This document shows, piece by piece, positions 1 through 16,447 of a stretch of 64,000 nt of DNA. Position numbers and translations under genes: made by a program. Origin of the DNA: Candidatus Eiseniibacteriota bacterium (GTDB taxonomy: Bacteria > Orphanbacterota > Orphanbacteria > Orphanbacterales > Orphanbacteraceae); assembly GCA_016930695.1 (NCBI GenBank), contig JAFGGD010000059.1, positions 14,286 through 78,285 on the forward strand, given 5' to 3'. Below the pieces are notes generated by a model. That model saw only the letters and a program-made list of their open reading frames with translations. It did no database searches and was not told where the DNA came from. The stretch's first letter is position 1. Every line of letters begins with the position of its first letter.

Positions 1-222
1 CACGTACAGCATTTCGGGGTGGATCTTCATGGTGCCTTCGCCGGCGATCGCGTTCGCCACGGCCGAGTTCAGCACCTTGGTCACGATCCGGGCCCCGTTT
101 TTCTGCGTCGCCTGAAGGGTCCGTAGGGATTGCTCGACCCCCTGACCCCGGATCAGATCGACGACCAGACGGGCCTTGCGGGCCGGAATTCTGGTGTATC
201 GAGCCTGAGCCCTGGATTCCAT
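1..222 (-). CDS. rplV: 50S ribosomal protein L22 (5' part; runs off the window edge)
   Basis: Manual translation from ATG at 222: MESRAQARYTRIPARKARLVVDLIRG...VLNSAVANA, a typical L22; follows rpsS. Not in the ORF track. Confidence 0.95.
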   Translation of the reverse strand, partial: MESRAQARYTRIPARKARLVVDLIRGQGVEQSLRTLQATQKNGARIVTKVLNSAVANAIAGEGTMKIHPEMLYV

Positions 223-256
223 TTCCCTTCGTCCTCTCTATACACCGGGGAAACGA

Positions 257-538
257 CTAGCGCTTCTTCCCCTTCTCTTTTCTGCCGCTGTGCCCGCGGA
301 AGGTCCGCGTGGGCGCGAACTCGCCGAGCTTGTGGCCGACCATGTTCTCGGTGACATACACGGGGATGAACTTGTTCCCGTTGTGCACCGCCACGGTGTG
401 GCCGACGAACTCGGGCGAAATGGTGGACCGCCGCGACCAGGTCTTGAGCACCTGGCGATCGCCGCCGCGGTTCATCTTCTCGATCTTCTTCACCAAATGA
501 TCGTCGATGAAGGGACCTTTTTTCAGCGAACGAGGCAT
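257..538 (-). CDS. rpsS: 30S ribosomal protein S19
   Basis: [12 protein letters not shown]...WSRRSTI...[12 protein letters not shown]. Confidence 0.99.
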   Translation of the reverse strand: MPRSLKKGPFIDDHLVKKIEKMNRGGDRQVLKTWSRRSTISPEFVGHTVAVHNGNKFIPVYVTENMVGHKLGEFAPTRTFRGHSGRKEKGKKR

Positions 539-559
539 ATCGTCCTCCGCGCGGCGCCG

Positions 560-1450
560 CTACTTCTTCCGCCGCCTGATGATCAACTCGTCCGACTTCT
601 TGCGCTTCTTCCGGGTCTTGTACCCCTTGGTCGGAACGCCCCAGGGGGTGACCGGATGGCGGCCGCCGGAGGTTCGGCCCTCGCCGCCGCCGTGGGGGTG
701 GTCGATCGGGTTCATCGCCACGCCGCGCACCTTGGGACGGCGGCCGAGCCAGCGGGACCGGCCCGCCTTGCCGCTCTTCTGGTTCTCATGGTCCAGGTTC
801 CCCACCTGGCCGAGGGTGGCGCGGCATTCGAGCCTGACCTTGCGGATCTCGCCGGAGGGGAGACGCAGCACCGCGTGATCCCCTTCCTTGGCCATGAGCT
901 GGGCGAAAGAGCCGGCGCTCCTCGCGATCCGACCGCCCTGCCCCGGCCGCAGCTCGATGTTGTGGATCTGGCTGCCGAGCGGGATGTCGCGGATCGCCAT
1001 CGCGTTTCCGTCGTGGATCTCGCTCTGCGACCCATCCTCGACCGGATCGCCCACATTCACGCCGTGGGGCGCGAGGATGTAACGCCGCTCCCCGTCCGCG
1101 TACAGCACCAGGGCGATGCGGGACGACCGGTTCGGATCGTACTCGATCGCCTCGACGCGCCCCGGCACCCCGCCTTTGTCCCGGCGGAAATCAATCTTGC
1201 GATAACGCCGCTTGTGGCCGCCGCCGCGACGCCGGCAGGTGATCCTGCCGTTGCTGTTCCGGCCGCCCGAACTCTTGAGAGGCTCCAGAAGCCCCTTCTC
1301 CGGTTTCTTCCTGGCGTTGGACGACTTTTTCCGTTTTCCCTTCGTCTCGGCCGCCTTCTCCGGATCGTTCTTCTTGGTCAGCTCCGAGAAATCGGAAATC
1401 GCCTTGAAACGGAGTGTCGACGTCGTCGGCCTGAACTTCCGAATCCCCAT
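560..1450 (-). CDS. rplB: 50S ribosomal protein L2
   Basis: [35 protein letters not shown] motifs; extra ~20-aa basic N-terminal insert. Confidence 0.99.
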   Translation of the reverse strand: MGIRKFRPTTSTLRFKAISDFSELTKKNDPEKAAETKGKRKKSSNARKKPEKGLLEPLKSSGGRNSNGRITCRRRGGGHKRRYRKIDFRRDKGGVPGRVEAIEYDPNRSSRIALVLYADGERRYILAPHGVNVGDPVEDGSQSEIHDGNAMAIRDIPLGSQIHNIELRPGQGGRIARSAGSFAQLMAKEGDHAVLRLPSGEIRKVRLECRATLGQVGNLDHENQKSGKAGRSRWLGRRPKVRGVAMNPIDHPHGGGEGRTSGGRHPVTPWGVPTKGYKTRKKRKKSDELIIRRRKK

Positions 1451-1503
1451 GATTCCGTTCCTTCCTTACCCGTTGATCGCCGGCGTCCCGCGGACCGCCG
1501 CCG

Positions 1504-1797
1504 TTATACCTGCTCGAAGATCGGGATGCTCTCGCCCGCCTTCAAGGTCACCGCCGCCCGCTTCCGGTCCGGCGTTTTCCCTACGTACTTGCCCTGTCTG
1601 CGGTTCTTGCCCCGGGCGAACCAAGTGTGCACATCCACCACCTGCACCTTGAACACGGCCTCCACCGCTTTCTTGATCTGGATCTTGTTCGCCCGCGGAT
1701 TCACTTCGAACACGTACTTGTTCTCCGCTTCACGCATGTTCGACGATTTCTCGGTCACGATGGGCCGAACGATGATCCGTCGATGGCTCAGATTCAT
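1504..1797 (-). CDS. rplW: 50S ribosomal protein L23
   Basis: RPIVTEKS...YVFEV...[18 protein letters not shown]...KRAAVTL. Confidence 0.98.
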   Translation of the reverse strand: MNLSHRRIIVRPIVTEKSSNMREAENKYVFEVNPRANKIQIKKAVEAVFKVQVVDVHTWFARGKNRRQGKYVGKTPDRKRAAVTLKAGESIPIFEQV

Positions 1798-1800
1798 GGC

Positions 1801-2436
1801 CTACTCCGTTTCCTCGGTCGTTTCGAACGTCTTGAGCGCCTCGGCGGTGAAAACGATCCGCCCCACGTTCAGAGCGTCGTACGTGTTCAGGCCGTACACG
1901 GTGGACACGAACAACCGGGGGTGATTCCGAACCGAAAGGAAAAGGTTCTCGTCAAAACGATCAACCACCAGGAGGCACTTCTCGCCGTTTTTGGCGACGC
2001 GCTTCCACAGCTCGGCGAAAGTTTTCGTCTTGGGCGACTCCAGCGTCGGGAGCTCCTCGATGATGGTGATCGCCCCGCGGCCCGCCTTGTCGGAGAGCAC
2101 CGAGCGGAGGGCGAGGCGCCGCACCTTCTTCGGGACACGGATGGAGTGATCCCGCGGCGAGGGGCCGTGAATCCGGCCGCCGCCCACCCAGAGGGGAGAG
2201 GTCCGCGTGCCCGAGCGGGCGCGCCCGGTCCCCTTCTGGCGCCAGGGTTTGGTCCCCGAGCCCTGCACTTCGTGCCGGGTTTTCGTCGACGAAGTGCCCT
2301 GCCGCTGGTTCGCGAGCAGATACTTCACGGTTTCATAGACGGCTTGGCGATTCGGCTTCACCCCGAAGGTATCCGCCGGAAGGGCCACGGTCCCCTTCTC
2401 CTTGCCGTCGAACGTCTGAACAGCCGCTTCAGCCAT
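1801..2436 (-). CDS. rplD: 50S ribosomal protein L4
   Basis: [30 protein letters not shown]...GGGRIHGP. Start placed at ATG 2436 (GAGG 9 nt upstream); ATG 2445 is an alternative. Confidence 0.98.
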   Translation of the reverse strand: MAEAAVQTFDGKEKGTVALPADTFGVKPNRQAVYETVKYLLANQRQGTSSTKTRHEVQGSGTKPWRQKGTGRARSGTRTSPLWVGGGRIHGPSPRDHSIRVPKKVRRLALRSVLSDKAGRGAITIIEELPTLESPKTKTFAELWKRVAKNGEKCLLVVDRFDENLFLSVRNHPRLFVSTVYGLNTYDALNVGRIVFTAEALKTFETTEETE

Positions 2437-2447
2437 GGCTTGCATCC

Positions 2448-2756
<309 letters not shown>

Positions 2757-2854
2757 GCTCGTCTCCTTCGCGGCGATGATTTCCACCGCGCCTATCGGTC
2801 GTCGATAAGGCGCCTTCCCCGTCGGGCGCGCCTCGTTGCTCCCGGTTCGTTCTC

Positions 2855-4936
2855 TCAGAACCCCCGCATCCGGGAGATCATCGCCTCCGCGATTCGCGAG
2901 GGGACCTCCTCGTAACGGAGGAACTGCATCGTATGGCTCGCCCGGCCCTGGGTGAGCGAACGGAGCGCCGTCGCGTATCCGAACATCTCCACCAGGGGCA
3001 CGTGGGCGTCGATCACCTTGGCGTCCGCCCGCTGGTCGGTGCCGTTGATTTGGCCGCGCCGGCCGTTCAGGTCGCCGATCACCGCTCCGGTGTAATCCTC
3101 CGGAACGACGATCTCGACGGCCATCACCGGCTCCAGCAGGACCGGGTCCGCCTTCCGCACCGCGTCGTGAAGCGCCATCGAGGCGGCGGTGCTGAAGGCG
3201 GGCTCGGTGGAATCGGTGTCGTGATAGGAACCACCCGTCAGAACCACCCGGAGGCCGGTCAACTCGTAGCCGGCCAACGCGCCGCTCCCCATGGCGCCCC
3301 GAAGGCCGCTCTCGACCGCGGCGATGAACTCCTTCGGAATCGACTCGGGCGGCGTCTGGTTCTCGAAACGGAACACCTCTCCGTCCTCCGCCGGCGCGAT
3401 CTCGATGATCACGTGCGCGTACTGCCCGCGGCCGGCGGCCTGCCGGACGAACTTGGTTTCCGACCGAGCCGTCCCACGAATCGTCTCGCGGTACGCCACC
3501 TGCGGCTTTCCCACGTTCGCTCCGACGCCGAACTCACGAGCCATCCGGGTGGTGATGATGTCGAGGTGGAGTTCACCCATCCCGGAGATGATCGTTTGGC
3601 CCGTCTCTTCATCCACGGCGTACCGGAAGGTGGGGTCCTCCTCGGCCATGCGGGAGAGGGAATCGTTCAGCTTTTCCTCGTCCGCCCGCGTTTTCGGCTC
3701 GATGGCGACGCTGATCACCGGCTCCGGGAAGGTCATCGACTCGAGCACCACCGGCTTGTCGATCCGACAGATCGTGTCGCCGGTGAACACGTGCTTCATG
3801 CCCACCGCCGCGGCGATGTCGCCGGAGTAGACCTCCTGGACCTCCTCCCGCTTGTTGGCGTGCATGAGGAGGATCCGGCCGATCCGTTCCTTGCGGCCGG
3901 TGCGGGCGTTCACGATCTGGTCGCCGCTCTTCATCACGCCCGAATAGGCGCGGAAGTAGGTCAGCTTTCCCACGTAGGAGTCGGCCCGGACCTTGAACGC
4001 CAGCGCGCAGAATGGTTCCTTGTCGTCCGCGTGGCGCTCCACCGTCTTTTCCGTCCGCGGGTCGATCCCCTTCATCGGCGGCACGTCGAGCGGGCTGGGG
4101 AGATATTCCACCACCGCGTCGAGGAGCCTCTGCACCCCCCGGTTCTTCAGCGCCGAGCCGCACAAGACCGGGTAGACGCGCCCGGAGAGAGTTCCCGCCC
4201 GGATCGCTCGGCGCAGGTCCGCTTCGGACGGCGACTTCCCCTCGACGTACTGCTCGAGGGTCTTCTCGTCGAACTCGGCGAACGCGTCGATCATCTCGGC
4301 GCGGGCTGTCTCCGCCTCCGGCAGAAGCGCCACGGGGATCTCCTCCTCGTGGTATTCCTTGCCGAAAGTCTTGTCGTCGTTGATGACCATCTTCATCCGC
4401 ACCAGATCGACCAGACCGGTGAAACTCTCGCCGGCCCCGACCGGGATCTGAATCGGCACCGCATTGGCGCCCAGTTTTTCGCGCATCATGCGGACCGCGC
4501 GGCCGAAATCGGCGCCGACGCGGTCCATCTTGTTGACGAAGGCCAGCCGCGGAATCCGGTACCGATCGGCCTGTCGCCAGACCGTCTCGGACTGGGGTTC
4601 CACGCCCCCTACGGAACAGAAAACGCCGATCGCGCCGTCCAAGACCCGCAGGGACCGTTCGACTTCGACGGTGAAGTCGACGTGGCCTGGAGTGTCGATA
4701 ATGTTGATCCTGCTATCGTTCCAAAAGCAGGTTGTCGCGGCCGAGGTGATGGTGATCCCGCGCTCTCGCTCCAGATCCATCCAGTCCATCGTGGCTGTGC
4801 CGTCGTGGACTTCTCCCAACCGGTGAACACGACCGGTGTAGTAAAGCATCCGCTCCGTGACCGTGGTCTTCCCCGCGTCGATGTGCGCCATAATTCCGAT
4901 GTTGCGCGTTCTCTCGAGCGGAAACTGCCGACCCAT
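2855..4936 (-). CDS. fusA: Elongation factor G
   Basis: [32 protein letters not shown] motifs; start trimmed to ATG 4936. Confidence 0.99.
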   Translation of the reverse strand: MGRQFPLERTRNIGIMAHIDAGKTTVTERMLYYTGRVHRLGEVHDGTATMDWMDLERERGITITSAATTCFWNDSRINIIDTPGHVDFTVEVERSLRVLDGAIGVFCSVGGVEPQSETVWRQADRYRIPRLAFVNKMDRVGADFGRAVRMMREKLGANAVPIQIPVGAGESFTGLVDLVRMKMVINDDKTFGKEYHEEEIPVALLPEAETARAEMIDAFAEFDEKTLEQYVEGKSPSEADLRRAIRAGTLSGRVYPVLCGSALKNRGVQRLLDAVVEYLPSPLDVPPMKGIDPRTEKTVERHADDKEPFCALAFKVRADSYVGKLTYFRAYSGVMKSGDQIVNARTGRKERIGRILLMHANKREEVQEVYSGDIAAAVGMKHVFTGDTICRIDKPVVLESMTFPEPVISVAIEPKTRADEEKLNDSLSRMAEEDPTFRYAVDEETGQTIISGMGELHLDIITTRMAREFGVGANVGKPQVAYRETIRGTARSETKFVRQAAGRGQYAHVIIEIAPAEDGEVFRFENQTPPESIPKEFIAAVESGLRGAMGSGALAGYELTGLRVVLTGGSYHDTDSTEPAFSTAASMALHDAVRKADPVLLEPVMAVEIVVPEDYTGAVIGDLNGRRGQINGTDQRADAKVIDAHVPLVEMFGYATALRSLTQGRASHTMQFLRYEEVPSRIAEAMISRMRGF

Positions 4937-5108
4937 CGCGGCCCTCACTACCACCCCTCGCCTGGCGGTATCGGGTTTGCACCCGACCTTCCGGGCTGCA
5001 CATGCGCGGAATCAGACACGCAACGTCGCGTGTCGACTCAAAAGGCGGAGGAGTGATGAAAGGTCTGTTCAATCGCAAATCGTTACCCCCGCTTCGCGGG
5101 GTCTCGGG

Positions 5109-5579
5109 CTACCAACGATAATGGGCGAAGGCCTTATTGGCTTCCGCCATCCGATGCGTGTCCTCGCGCTTCTTGATGGTCGACCCTTCCTTCTTGGAGG
5201 CGGCGAGCAATTCCCCCGCGAGCTTTTCCCGCATGGAGTGCTCGGAACGCCCCGCGGCGAAGCCGATCAACCAACGAATGGCGAGCGACGTCCTGCGCTC
5301 ATGACGAACTTCAACCGGCACCTGATAGGTGGCGCCGCCGACCCGCCGGGACTTCACCTCGAGAATCGGCTTGGCATTGGCCACGGCCGCCTTGAACACG
5401 GCCAGGCCGGGCTGCCCCGTCTTGTTCTCGATGCTGTCCAGAGCGCCGTACAGGATGCTTTCCGCCGTGCTCCGCTTCCCGCCCCCCATCAACGAATTGA
5501 TGAACTTGGTGACGAGAACGCTGCCGTGCACCGGATCGGGCATCGTTTCGTTTTTCTTGGCGTACTTCTTTCTCGGCAT
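5109..5579 (-). CDS. rpsG: 30S ribosomal protein S7
   Basis: MPRKK...[12 protein letters not shown]...[15 protein letters not shown]; real start at 5579, ORF track overextends it. Confidence 0.99.
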   Translation of the reverse strand: MPRKKYAKKNETMPDPVHGSVLVTKFINSLMGGGKRSTAESILYGALDSIENKTGQPGLAVFKAAVANAKPILEVKSRRVGGATYQVPVEVRHERRTSLAIRWLIGFAAGRSEHSMREKLAGELLAASKKEGSTIKKREDTHRMAEANKAFAHYRW

Positions 5580-5580
5580 C

Positions 5581-5955
5581 TTACTTCTTCGGTCTTCTCG
5601 TTCCGTACTTGGAACGGCTCTGAGTGCGACCATCGACGCCGGAAGCGTCGAGCGCGCCCCGGATGATATGGTAACGGACACCGGGCAGGTCCTTCACTCG
5701 TCCGCCGCGAACCAGCACGAGAGAGTGCTCCTGCAAATTGTGCCCCTCACCGGGAATATAACTGGTCACCTCGATCCCGTTCGTCAGCCGAACGCGGGCC
5801 ACCTTCCGTAGCGCCGAGTTCGGCTTCTTCGGGGAGGTGGTATACACGCGCGTGCAAACGCCCCGCTTCTGCGGACACGCCTGCAGGGCCGGCGCCTTGG
5901 TTTTGTTCTTCGCCACCTTTCGGCCCTTTCGGACCAACTGACTGATCGTCGGCAA
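5581..5955 (-). CDS. rpsL: 30S ribosomal protein S12
   Basis: [12 protein letters not shown]...[10 protein letters not shown]...[12 protein letters not shown]. Confidence 0.99.
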   Translation of the reverse strand: MPTISQLVRKGRKVAKNKTKAPALQACPQKRGVCTRVYTTSPKKPNSALRKVARVRLTNGIEVTSYIPGEGHNLQEHSLVLVRGGRVKDLPGVRYHIIRGALDASGVDGRTQSRSKYGTRRPKK

Positions 5956-6024
5956 CGCTCACGACCTCCCGGGCTGAAACCCGTTCCAAATTAAGGGCAT
6001 AGACGAAATAGTCTGAAGCAAGCC

Positions 6025-10203
<4,179 letters not shown>

Positions 10204-10227
10204 TGGAGACGGTGTACCGCATTCGAT

Positions 10228-13200
10228 TTACTCGGGCTTCTCCTGCTGGAGATGCACGTCGAGACCCAACGACTGGAGTTCCTTGACTAATACATTGAAG
10301 GACTCCGGAATCCCCGGCTGGGGCGGATTGTCCCCCTTGACGATCGCTTCATACACCTTGGAACGCCCGACCACGTCGTCGGACTTGACGGTGAGCAACT
10401 CTTGGAGCGTGTAAGCGGCTCCGTATGCTTCGAGGGCCCACACCTCCATCTCGCCGAACCGCTGACCGCCGAATTGGGCTTTCCCTCCGAGCGGCTGTTG
10501 GGTAACGAGCGAGTAGGGTCCGATGGACCGGGCGTGGATCTTGTCGTCCACCAGGTGGGAAAGTTTGAGCATGTAAATATATCCCACCGTCACCTTCTGC
10601 TTGAAGGGGTCGCCGGTCCGGCCGTCATACACCATCGTCTTCCCGCTGTCGGGAAGACCGGCCTCTCGGAGCTTCTCCTTGATCTCTTCTATGGTCGCGC
10701 CGTCGAAAACCGGCGACTCGGCCTTCACGCCGAGCAGCTTGCACGCCCAGCCGAGATGGGTCTCCAGAATCTGACCCAGGTTCATTCGGGAAGGGACGCC
10801 GAGCGGATTCAGCACGATTTCGACGGGCGAGCCGTCGGCGAGGTAGGGCATGTCCTCTTCGGGGAGGATCTTCGCCACCACGCCCTTGTTGCCGTGGCGT
10901 CCGGCCATCTTGTCGCCGACGGATATCTTCCGCTTCTTCGCCACGTAGACCTTCACGAGCTTGACCACGCCGGGCGCGAGTTCGTCTCCCCGCGCCAGCC
11001 TTTCCAGCTCTCGGGCCAGTTCGCGTTCCTTCTTGTCGATCGCCGCGTCGGCGGCGGTCAGGAACGCGCGCACCCGGTTGTTGATCCGCATGTCGTCGGT
11101 GAAAGGCTCGTCGGCGTCCACTTTATCGAAACCGATCTCCTCAAAGAGACGGTCGTTCCATTTCCTGCCCGCGCGGATGTGTTCATCGTTCCCGCGGTAG
11201 TAGAAGCGTGCGGTGGTCTTTTCCAGGAGCACCTCGCGGACGCGCTCGTCGCGCACGTCCCGGATCCCCCGGATTTCCTTGTTGATCTGGCGCTTGATCT
11301 CCGCGACCTTCTTCTTCTCCTCCGCCTTGGCCCGCTCGTCGCGCTCCTTGCGGGAGAACACCTTCACGTCGATCACGATCCCGTCCATCCCCGGAGGCGC
11401 CTTGAGGGAGGCGTCACGAACATCTCCCGCCTTCTCTCCGAAGATCGCCCGGAGCAGGCGCTCCTCGGGCGAAAGCTCCGTCTCTCCCTTCGGGGTTACC
11501 TTGCCGACCAGAATATCGCCGGCCCGGACATGGGCGCCGACCCGAACGATGCCGTCCTCGTCCAGGTTGCGGACCGCCTCCTCGCTCACGTTCGGAATCT
11601 CGCGCGTGATCTCCTCGACGCCCCGCTTGGTGTCCCGCACCTGCAGCTCGAACTCCTCGATGTGTATCGAGGTGAAGCGGTCTTCCTTGACCAGCTTCTC
11701 GCTGAGAAGGATGGCGTCCTCGTAGTTGTAGCCGTGCCAGGGCATGAAGGCGCAGAGCACGTTGGTGCCGAGGGCGAGCTCGCCCCCCCGCGTGCCCGGG
11801 CCGTCGGCGATCACATCTCCCTTGTTCACCTTGTCGCCCGGCTGGACCTGCGGTTTCTGGTTGATGCAGGTGTCTTGGTTGGAGCGGCGGAACTTACGCA
11901 GCTTGTGGATCTCCAAACCCTCGAAACCGGTGAAGTCGATCTCGCGCCCCTTGGAGTAGTTGATCACCACCGTGTCCGCCGAAACGCTCTCCACGGTGCC
12001 GCCGTGCTTGGCGGTGACCAGCACGCCGGAGTCCATCGCCACCCGCTCCTCCAGGCCGGTGCCGACCAGCGGCACCTCCGGACGGAGCAGCGGCACGGAC
12101 TGGCGCTGCATGTTCGATCCCATCAGCGCCCGGTTGGCGTCGTCGTGCTCTAAGAAGGGGATGAGCGCCGCGGCGGCGCTGACGAGCTGCATCGGCGAGA
12201 CGTCCATATACTCGACGCGCTCGCGGTCCACCACCGGGTAGTCGCTCCGGAAACGGGCGGTCACCCGCTTCTCGTGGATCAATCCTCCCGTATCCAACGG
12301 CGTATTCGCCTGGATGATGATCCGCTCGTCTTCCTGGTCCGCCGAAAGGTATTCGATCTTGTCCGTGACTTTTCCGTTCACCACCTTGCGGTAGGGGGTC
12401 TCCAGGAAGCCGTACTCGTTCACCCGCGCGTAGGTGGAAAGCGAACTGATGAGGCCGATGTTCGGGCCTTCCGGCGTCTCGATCGGGCACATCCGCCCAT
12501 AGTGGGTGTAGTGGACGTCCCGAACCTCGAAGCCGGCCCGCTCCCGGGTGAGTCCCCCCGGCCCGAGGGCGGAGAGGCGGCGCTTGTGCGTCAGCTCGGC
12601 GAGCGGGTTGGTCTGGTCCATGAACTGGGAGAGCTGGCTGCTTCCGAAGAAGGTCTTGATCACCGCCGAGATGGTCCGCGCGTTGATCAGGTCGTAGGGG
12701 GCGATGTTCTCGGTGTCGCCGAGGCTCATCCGCTCCTTGATGATGCGGGCCATTCGCGAGAGGCCGATGGAAAACTGGATCGACAGCAGCTCGCCCACCG
12801 ACCGAAGCCGGCGGTTCCCCAAATGGTCGATGTCGTCGGTGAAGCCGTGCCCCGCCTTGAGCCGGAGCAGGTTGTCCACGATGGCGACGAAATCGTCCTT
12901 CGTGAGGATGGTCGTCTCGCTCGGCACGTCCAGGCCGAGGCGCCGGTTCATCTTATAGCGCCCCACCATGGCCAGATCGTACCGGCGGGGATTGAAGAAG
13001 AGGCGGTCCAGGAGCGCCCGCGCCGTATCCAGGCTCGGCGGGTCGCCGGGCCGGAGAAGGTTGTAGATGCGCTTGAGCGCCTCCTCTTCGCCGGAGCTGG
13101 TGTCCTTGATCAGCGTGTTGCGGATCACCTGCGAGTCGCGCTCCGTGTCCGAAACCAGAAGCCGTATCTTGCCCGTCTTGGCGTTTCGGAAACTCTCCAG

Positions 13201-14010
13201 GTGCTGAGGGCCGATCTCGTCGTTGGCGGAAGCGAGGACCTCGCCGGTCCCCCCTTTCTCGTCCACCACGTCGGAGGCGAGGATCCGGCCGACGAGTTCG
13301 TCCTTCTTGCGATAGGAGCTGAAGTTCAGCTCTTCGACGTCGTAGAACAGCTCGAGAATCGATTCGTTGCTCGAATAACCGAGGGAGCGGAGAAGAATTG
13401 TGACCGGCAGTTTCCGCTTCCGGTCGATGTGGGCATACATGATGTCGTTGATATCGGTGGTGAACTCGACCCAAGACCCGCGGTAGGGGATGATCCGGGC
13501 GGCGAAGAGGCGTTTCCCGTTCGGGTGGATCTCCTCGTCGAAAAACACGCCCGGAGAGCGGTGCAGCTGGCTGACGATCACCCGCTCGGCGCCGTTGATA
13601 ATGAAGGTTCCCTTGTCGGTGATGGTCGGGAGTTCGCCGAGGTACACCTCCTGCTCGATGACCTCTTTGACCTTCTTCTCGCCGTCCACCGTTTCCTTCA
13701 CGAGGAGACGGAGGGTGGCCTTCAGGGGCGCCGCGAAAGTGACGTCCCGCTCCTGACACTCGTCGACATCGTATTTCGGCTCGCCGAGGCTGTACGAAAC
13801 GAACTCGAGACTGAAGTTGCCCCTCGCGTCCGAGATCGGAAAGATCTCGTTGAACACCGACTGCAGGCCCTGATTCTTCCGCTTCTCCGGCGGAAGGCTC
13901 ATCTGCAGGAAGTGCTCGAACGACTGGAGCTGGACATCGAGGAGGTTCGGGATATCCATGATGGGGGGGATCTTGGAGAAGTTTAACCTCTCGATTGATT
14001 GCTTAGCCAA
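10228..14010 (-). CDS. rpoB: RNA polymerase beta subunit
   Basis: [38 protein letters not shown]; no intein seen. Confidence 0.99.
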   Translation of the reverse strand: MAKQSIERLNFSKIPPIMDIPNLLDVQLQSFEHFLQMSLPPEKRKNQGLQSVFNEIFPISDARGNFSLEFVSYSLGEPKYDVDECQERDVTFAAPLKATLRLLVKETVDGEKKVKEVIEQEVYLGELPTITDKGTFIINGAERVIVSQLHRSPGVFFDEEIHPNGKRLFAARIIPYRGSWVEFTTDINDIMYAHIDRKRKLPVTILLRSLGYSSNESILELFYDVEELNFSSYRKKDELVGRILASDVVDEKGGTGEVLASANDEIGPQHLESFRNAKTGKIRLLVSDTERDSQVIRNTLIKDTSSGEEEALKRIYNLLRPGDPPSLDTARALLDRLFFNPRRYDLAMVGRYKMNRRLGLDVPSETTILTKDDFVAIVDNLLRLKAGHGFTDDIDHLGNRRLRSVGELLSIQFSIGLSRMARIIKERMSLGDTENIAPYDLINARTISAVIKTFFGSSQLSQFMDQTNPLAELTHKRRLSALGPGGLTRERAGFEVRDVHYTHYGRMCPIETPEGPNIGLISSLSTYARVNEYGFLETPYRKVVNGKVTDKIEYLSADQEDERIIIQANTPLDTGGLIHEKRVTARFRSDYPVVDRERVEYMDVSPMQLVSAAAALIPFLEHDDANRALMGSNMQRQSVPLLRPEVPLVGTGLEERVAMDSGVLVTAKHGGTVESVSADTVVINYSKGREIDFTGFEGLEIHKLRKFRRSNQDTCINQKPQVQPGDKVNKGDVIADGPGTRGGELALGTNVLCAFMPWHGYNYEDAILLSEKLVKEDRFTSIHIEEFELQVRDTKRGVEEITREIPNVSEEAVRNLDEDGIVRVGAHVRAGDILVGKVTPKGETELSPEERLLRAIFGEKAGDVRDASLKAPPGMDGIVIDVKVFSRKERDERAKAEEKKKVAEIKRQINKEIRGIRDVRDERVREVLLEKTTARFYYRGNDEHIRAGRKWNDRLFEEIGFDKVDADEPFTDDMRINNRVRAFLTAADAAIDKKERELARELERLARGDELAPGVVKLVKVYVAKKRKISVGDKMAGRHGNKGVVAKILPEEDMPYLADGSPVEIVLNPLGVPSRMNLGQILETHLGWACKLLGVKAESPVFDGATIEEIKEKLREAGLPDSGKTMVYDGRTGDPFKQKVTVGYIYMLKLSHLVDDKIHARSIGPYSLVTQQPLGGKAQFGGQRFGEMEVWALEAYGAAYTLQELLTVKSDDVVGRSKVYEAIVKGDNPPQPGIPESFNVLVKELQSLGLDVHLQQEKPE

Positions 14011-14118
14011 TCTTCACTCTCCCCTTCTACGAATGGGACGGCCGTGCGCGGACCCGGCGAACCGCCGGGCCCGGCACGGTGTACGGCAGAGGAACGGGTA
14101 TGGAACGAAACAGGCGTC

Positions 14119-14538
14119 CTACTTCAGGTCCACCTGGCCACCCGCCTCCTCGATCTTCGCCTTGATATCCTCGGCCTCTTCCTTCGAAGCGGCTTCCTTG
14201 ATCGCCTTCGGCGCGTTGTCGACCAAATCCTTGGCTTCCTTCAGACCCAGGCCGGTGATCTGGCGCACCACTTTGATCACCTGAATCTTCTTGTCGCCGG
14301 TAGCGGTCAAAACAACGTCGAACTCGGTCTTCTCTTCCTCGGCGGCCGCTTCGCCGCCGCCCATGCCGCCCATGGGCATCGCCATCGCCTGGGGCGCCGC
14401 GGACACGCCGAACGTGTCTTCCAGCGCCTTCACCAGCTCAGCCGCCTCGAGAACGGTTAGCTTCTCGATCGCCTTAACGACTTCCGCAATCTTAGGCGAG
14501 ATCTCGACCGCTTCTTTGGTGGTCGCTTCCTCAGCCAT
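14119..14538 (-). CDS. rplL: 50S ribosomal protein L7/L12
   Basis: [10 protein letters not shown]...[23 protein letters not shown]. Confidence 0.99.
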   Translation of the reverse strand: MAEEATTKEAVEISPKIAEVVKAIEKLTVLEAAELVKALEDTFGVSAAPQAMAMPMGGMGGGEAAAEEEKTEFDVVLTATGDKKIQVIKVVRQITGLGLKEAKDLVDNAPKAIKEAASKEEAEDIKAKIEEAGGQVDLK

Positions 14539-14687
14539 TTCTTACCTCCAGCTTCTCGGGGCGGACCATCCGCCCGGTTCCGTTTCCGTGCTCGGCCGCC
14601 CGCACGGGGCGGGGTCGATTGATAGTTTCGATTCCCGCGGACGGCGGCGGCGCCGCCATGCCGGGGGTCGAACGACCGGGACCCGTG

Positions 14688-15218
14688 TTAGGACTTGCCC
14701 GCGGCCTCTTTCTGCTTCCGGATCTCGTCCACCGCGACCGCCAGATAGGTCATCACCGCGTGAATGGAACCCGCGATGCCCTGAATCGGGGACTGGATGA
14801 GACCCATAATCTGCGCCACCAGAACCGGCTTGCTGGGAAGATCCGCGATCTTCACCACCTCTTCCGGGGAAATGACGACGCCATCGATGAAACCGCCCTT
14901 GACCTTGGGCAGGGTGTGGGTCCTGGAGAACTCCTTGATGACCCTGGCGGGAGCGGTCGGATCCGCGCTCGTCACCGCCCACCCCGTGGGCCCCTCCAGG
15001 TAAGGCTCCAGCCCCGCCATGCCGCACTCTTTGGCGGCGATGAGGCCCAAGGTGTTTTTAACGACGATGAAATCCGCGTCGTTCTTGCGGAATTCCCGCC
15101 TGAGCTGACTGATCTTTCCCACGTCGAGACCGCTGAAATCGGCCAAGACGACCGCCTGGGCGTTCGCGAGCTTCGCCCGGAGGGTCTCGACGGCCTCAAC
15201 CTTGCGCGGTGTCGGCAT
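14688..15218 (-). CDS. rplJ: 50S ribosomal protein L10
   Basis: [10 protein letters not shown]...VVKNTL...LEGPT...LPS; start at 15218 with GGGAG SD; sits between rplA and rplL. Confidence 0.97.
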   Translation of the reverse strand: MPTPRKVEAVETLRAKLANAQAVVLADFSGLDVGKISQLRREFRKNDADFIVVKNTLGLIAAKECGMAGLEPYLEGPTGWAVTSADPTAPARVIKEFSRTHTLPKVKGGFIDGVVISPEEVVKIADLPSKPVLVAQIMGLIQSPIQGIAGSIHAVMTYLAVAVDEIRKQKEAAGKS

Positions 15219-15238
15219 GTTGGACTCCCTCCCGCCTA

Positions 15239-15940
15239 TTACAGGCGCAGCAATTCGCCCTGGATGTCGAGCCGGATTCCCGGCCCCATCGTGGTCGATA
15301 ATGTGACGTTCTTCCAATACGTGCCCTTCGCGACGGACGGCTTGGCGCGCTGCAGCTCCCCGATCACGGTGCGGATGTTCTCCGCGAGCCGCTCCGCGGG
15401 GAACGAAGCCCGGCCGACGGGCACGTGGATGTTACCGGTCTTGTCGGTGCGGTATTGGATCCGCCCCGCCTTCACCTCGCGGACAGCCTTGCCCACGTCG
15501 AAGGTGACCGAACCGCTCTTCGGGTTCGGCATCAGGCCGCGGGGACCCAGAACCCGCCCCAGCTTACCGACATCCTTCATCATGTCCGGCGTGGCGATGA
15601 TCGCGTCGAAATCGATCCAGCCGCCCTGGATCTTCTCCACCATGTCGGTGGAGCCGACGAAATCGGCGCCCGCCTCCTGCGCCTCCTTCTCCTTCTCCCC
15701 CTTGGCGAAGACGAGCACTCGCACCGTCTTCCCCGTTCCGTGGGGGAGAGAGATCGTTCCGCGCATCTGCTGATCGGAGTGCCGCGGATCCACGCCGAGA
15801 CGAGCTGCCAGCTCGACCGTCTCGTCGAATTTGGACGTGGCGTTCTCCTTCAGCAGTTGGAGGGCGGCTTCCATGTCGTATCGCTTCAAACGATCGACTT
15901 TGTCCACCGCCGCTCTATACCGCTTACCTGTTTTTGCCAT
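15239..15940 (-). CDS. rplA: 50S ribosomal protein L1
   Basis: KFDETVE...[12 protein letters not shown]...[11 protein letters not shown]...STTMGPG. Confidence 0.99.
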   Translation of the reverse strand: MAKTGKRYRAAVDKVDRLKRYDMEAALQLLKENATSKFDETVELAARLGVDPRHSDQQMRGTISLPHGTGKTVRVLVFAKGEKEKEAQEAGADFVGSTDMVEKIQGGWIDFDAIIATPDMMKDVGKLGRVLGPRGLMPNPKSGSVTFDVGKAVREVKAGRIQYRTDKTGNIHVPVGRASFPAERLAENIRTVIGELQRAKPSVAKGTYWKNVTLSTTMGPGIRLDIQGELLRL

Positions 15941-15971
15941 AGGCACACCCCTGATCTCCCGCCTCGGAGCA

Positions 15972-16406
15972 TCAGTCGATCACTTCGATCCCCATGCTCC
16001 GGGCGGTGCCTTCGACCATGCGCATTGCCATTTCCACGTCGTTCGCGTTCAGATCCTCGGTTTTCATTTCCGCGATCTCGCGAACCTGCTTCCTCGTGAC
16101 CTTCCCCACCTTGTTCCGGTTCGGTTCACCGGACGCCTTGGCGAGACCGAGCGCCTTCTTCAGAAGCACGGCCGCCGGCGGCGACTTGGTGATAAAGGTG
16201 AAGGAACGATCGGCGTAGACCGTGATGACGACGGGAATGATCAGCCCGCGGTCCTTCTCGGTACGCGCATTGAACGCCTTGCAGAATTCCATGATGCTGA
16301 CGCCATGCTGGCCGAGCGCCGGCCCTACGGGCGGCGCGGGCGTCGCAATACCGGCCGGAATCTGCAATTTCACGAGCCCGATGATTCTTTTTTTCGGTGC
16401 AGCCAT
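15972..16406 (-). CDS. rplK: 50S ribosomal protein L11
   Basis: [23 protein letters not shown]...GTARSMG; real start at 16406. Confidence 0.99.
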   Translation of the reverse strand: MAAPKKRIIGLVKLQIPAGIATPAPPVGPALGQHGVSIMEFCKAFNARTEKDRGLIIPVVITVYADRSFTFITKSPPAAVLLKKALGLAKASGEPNRNKVGKVTRKQVREIAEMKTEDLNANDVEMAMRMVEGTARSMGIEVID

Positions 16407-16447
16407 GATTCTCTTCCCGATGAGCCGAAGGCGTGGCCTCCGGCGCC

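Noticed and set aside
4963-4989. tRNA-like 3' end (GGGTGCAAACCC...CCGCCA) in the rpsG-fusA spacer
   Set aside because: No matching acceptor 5' strand, D arm or anticodon arm could be built; treated only as a hairpin.
14542-15027. 161-aa minus-strand ORF overlapping rplJ and the rplJ-rplL spacer
   Set aside because: Alternative frame of rplJ with no recognisable motif or SD.
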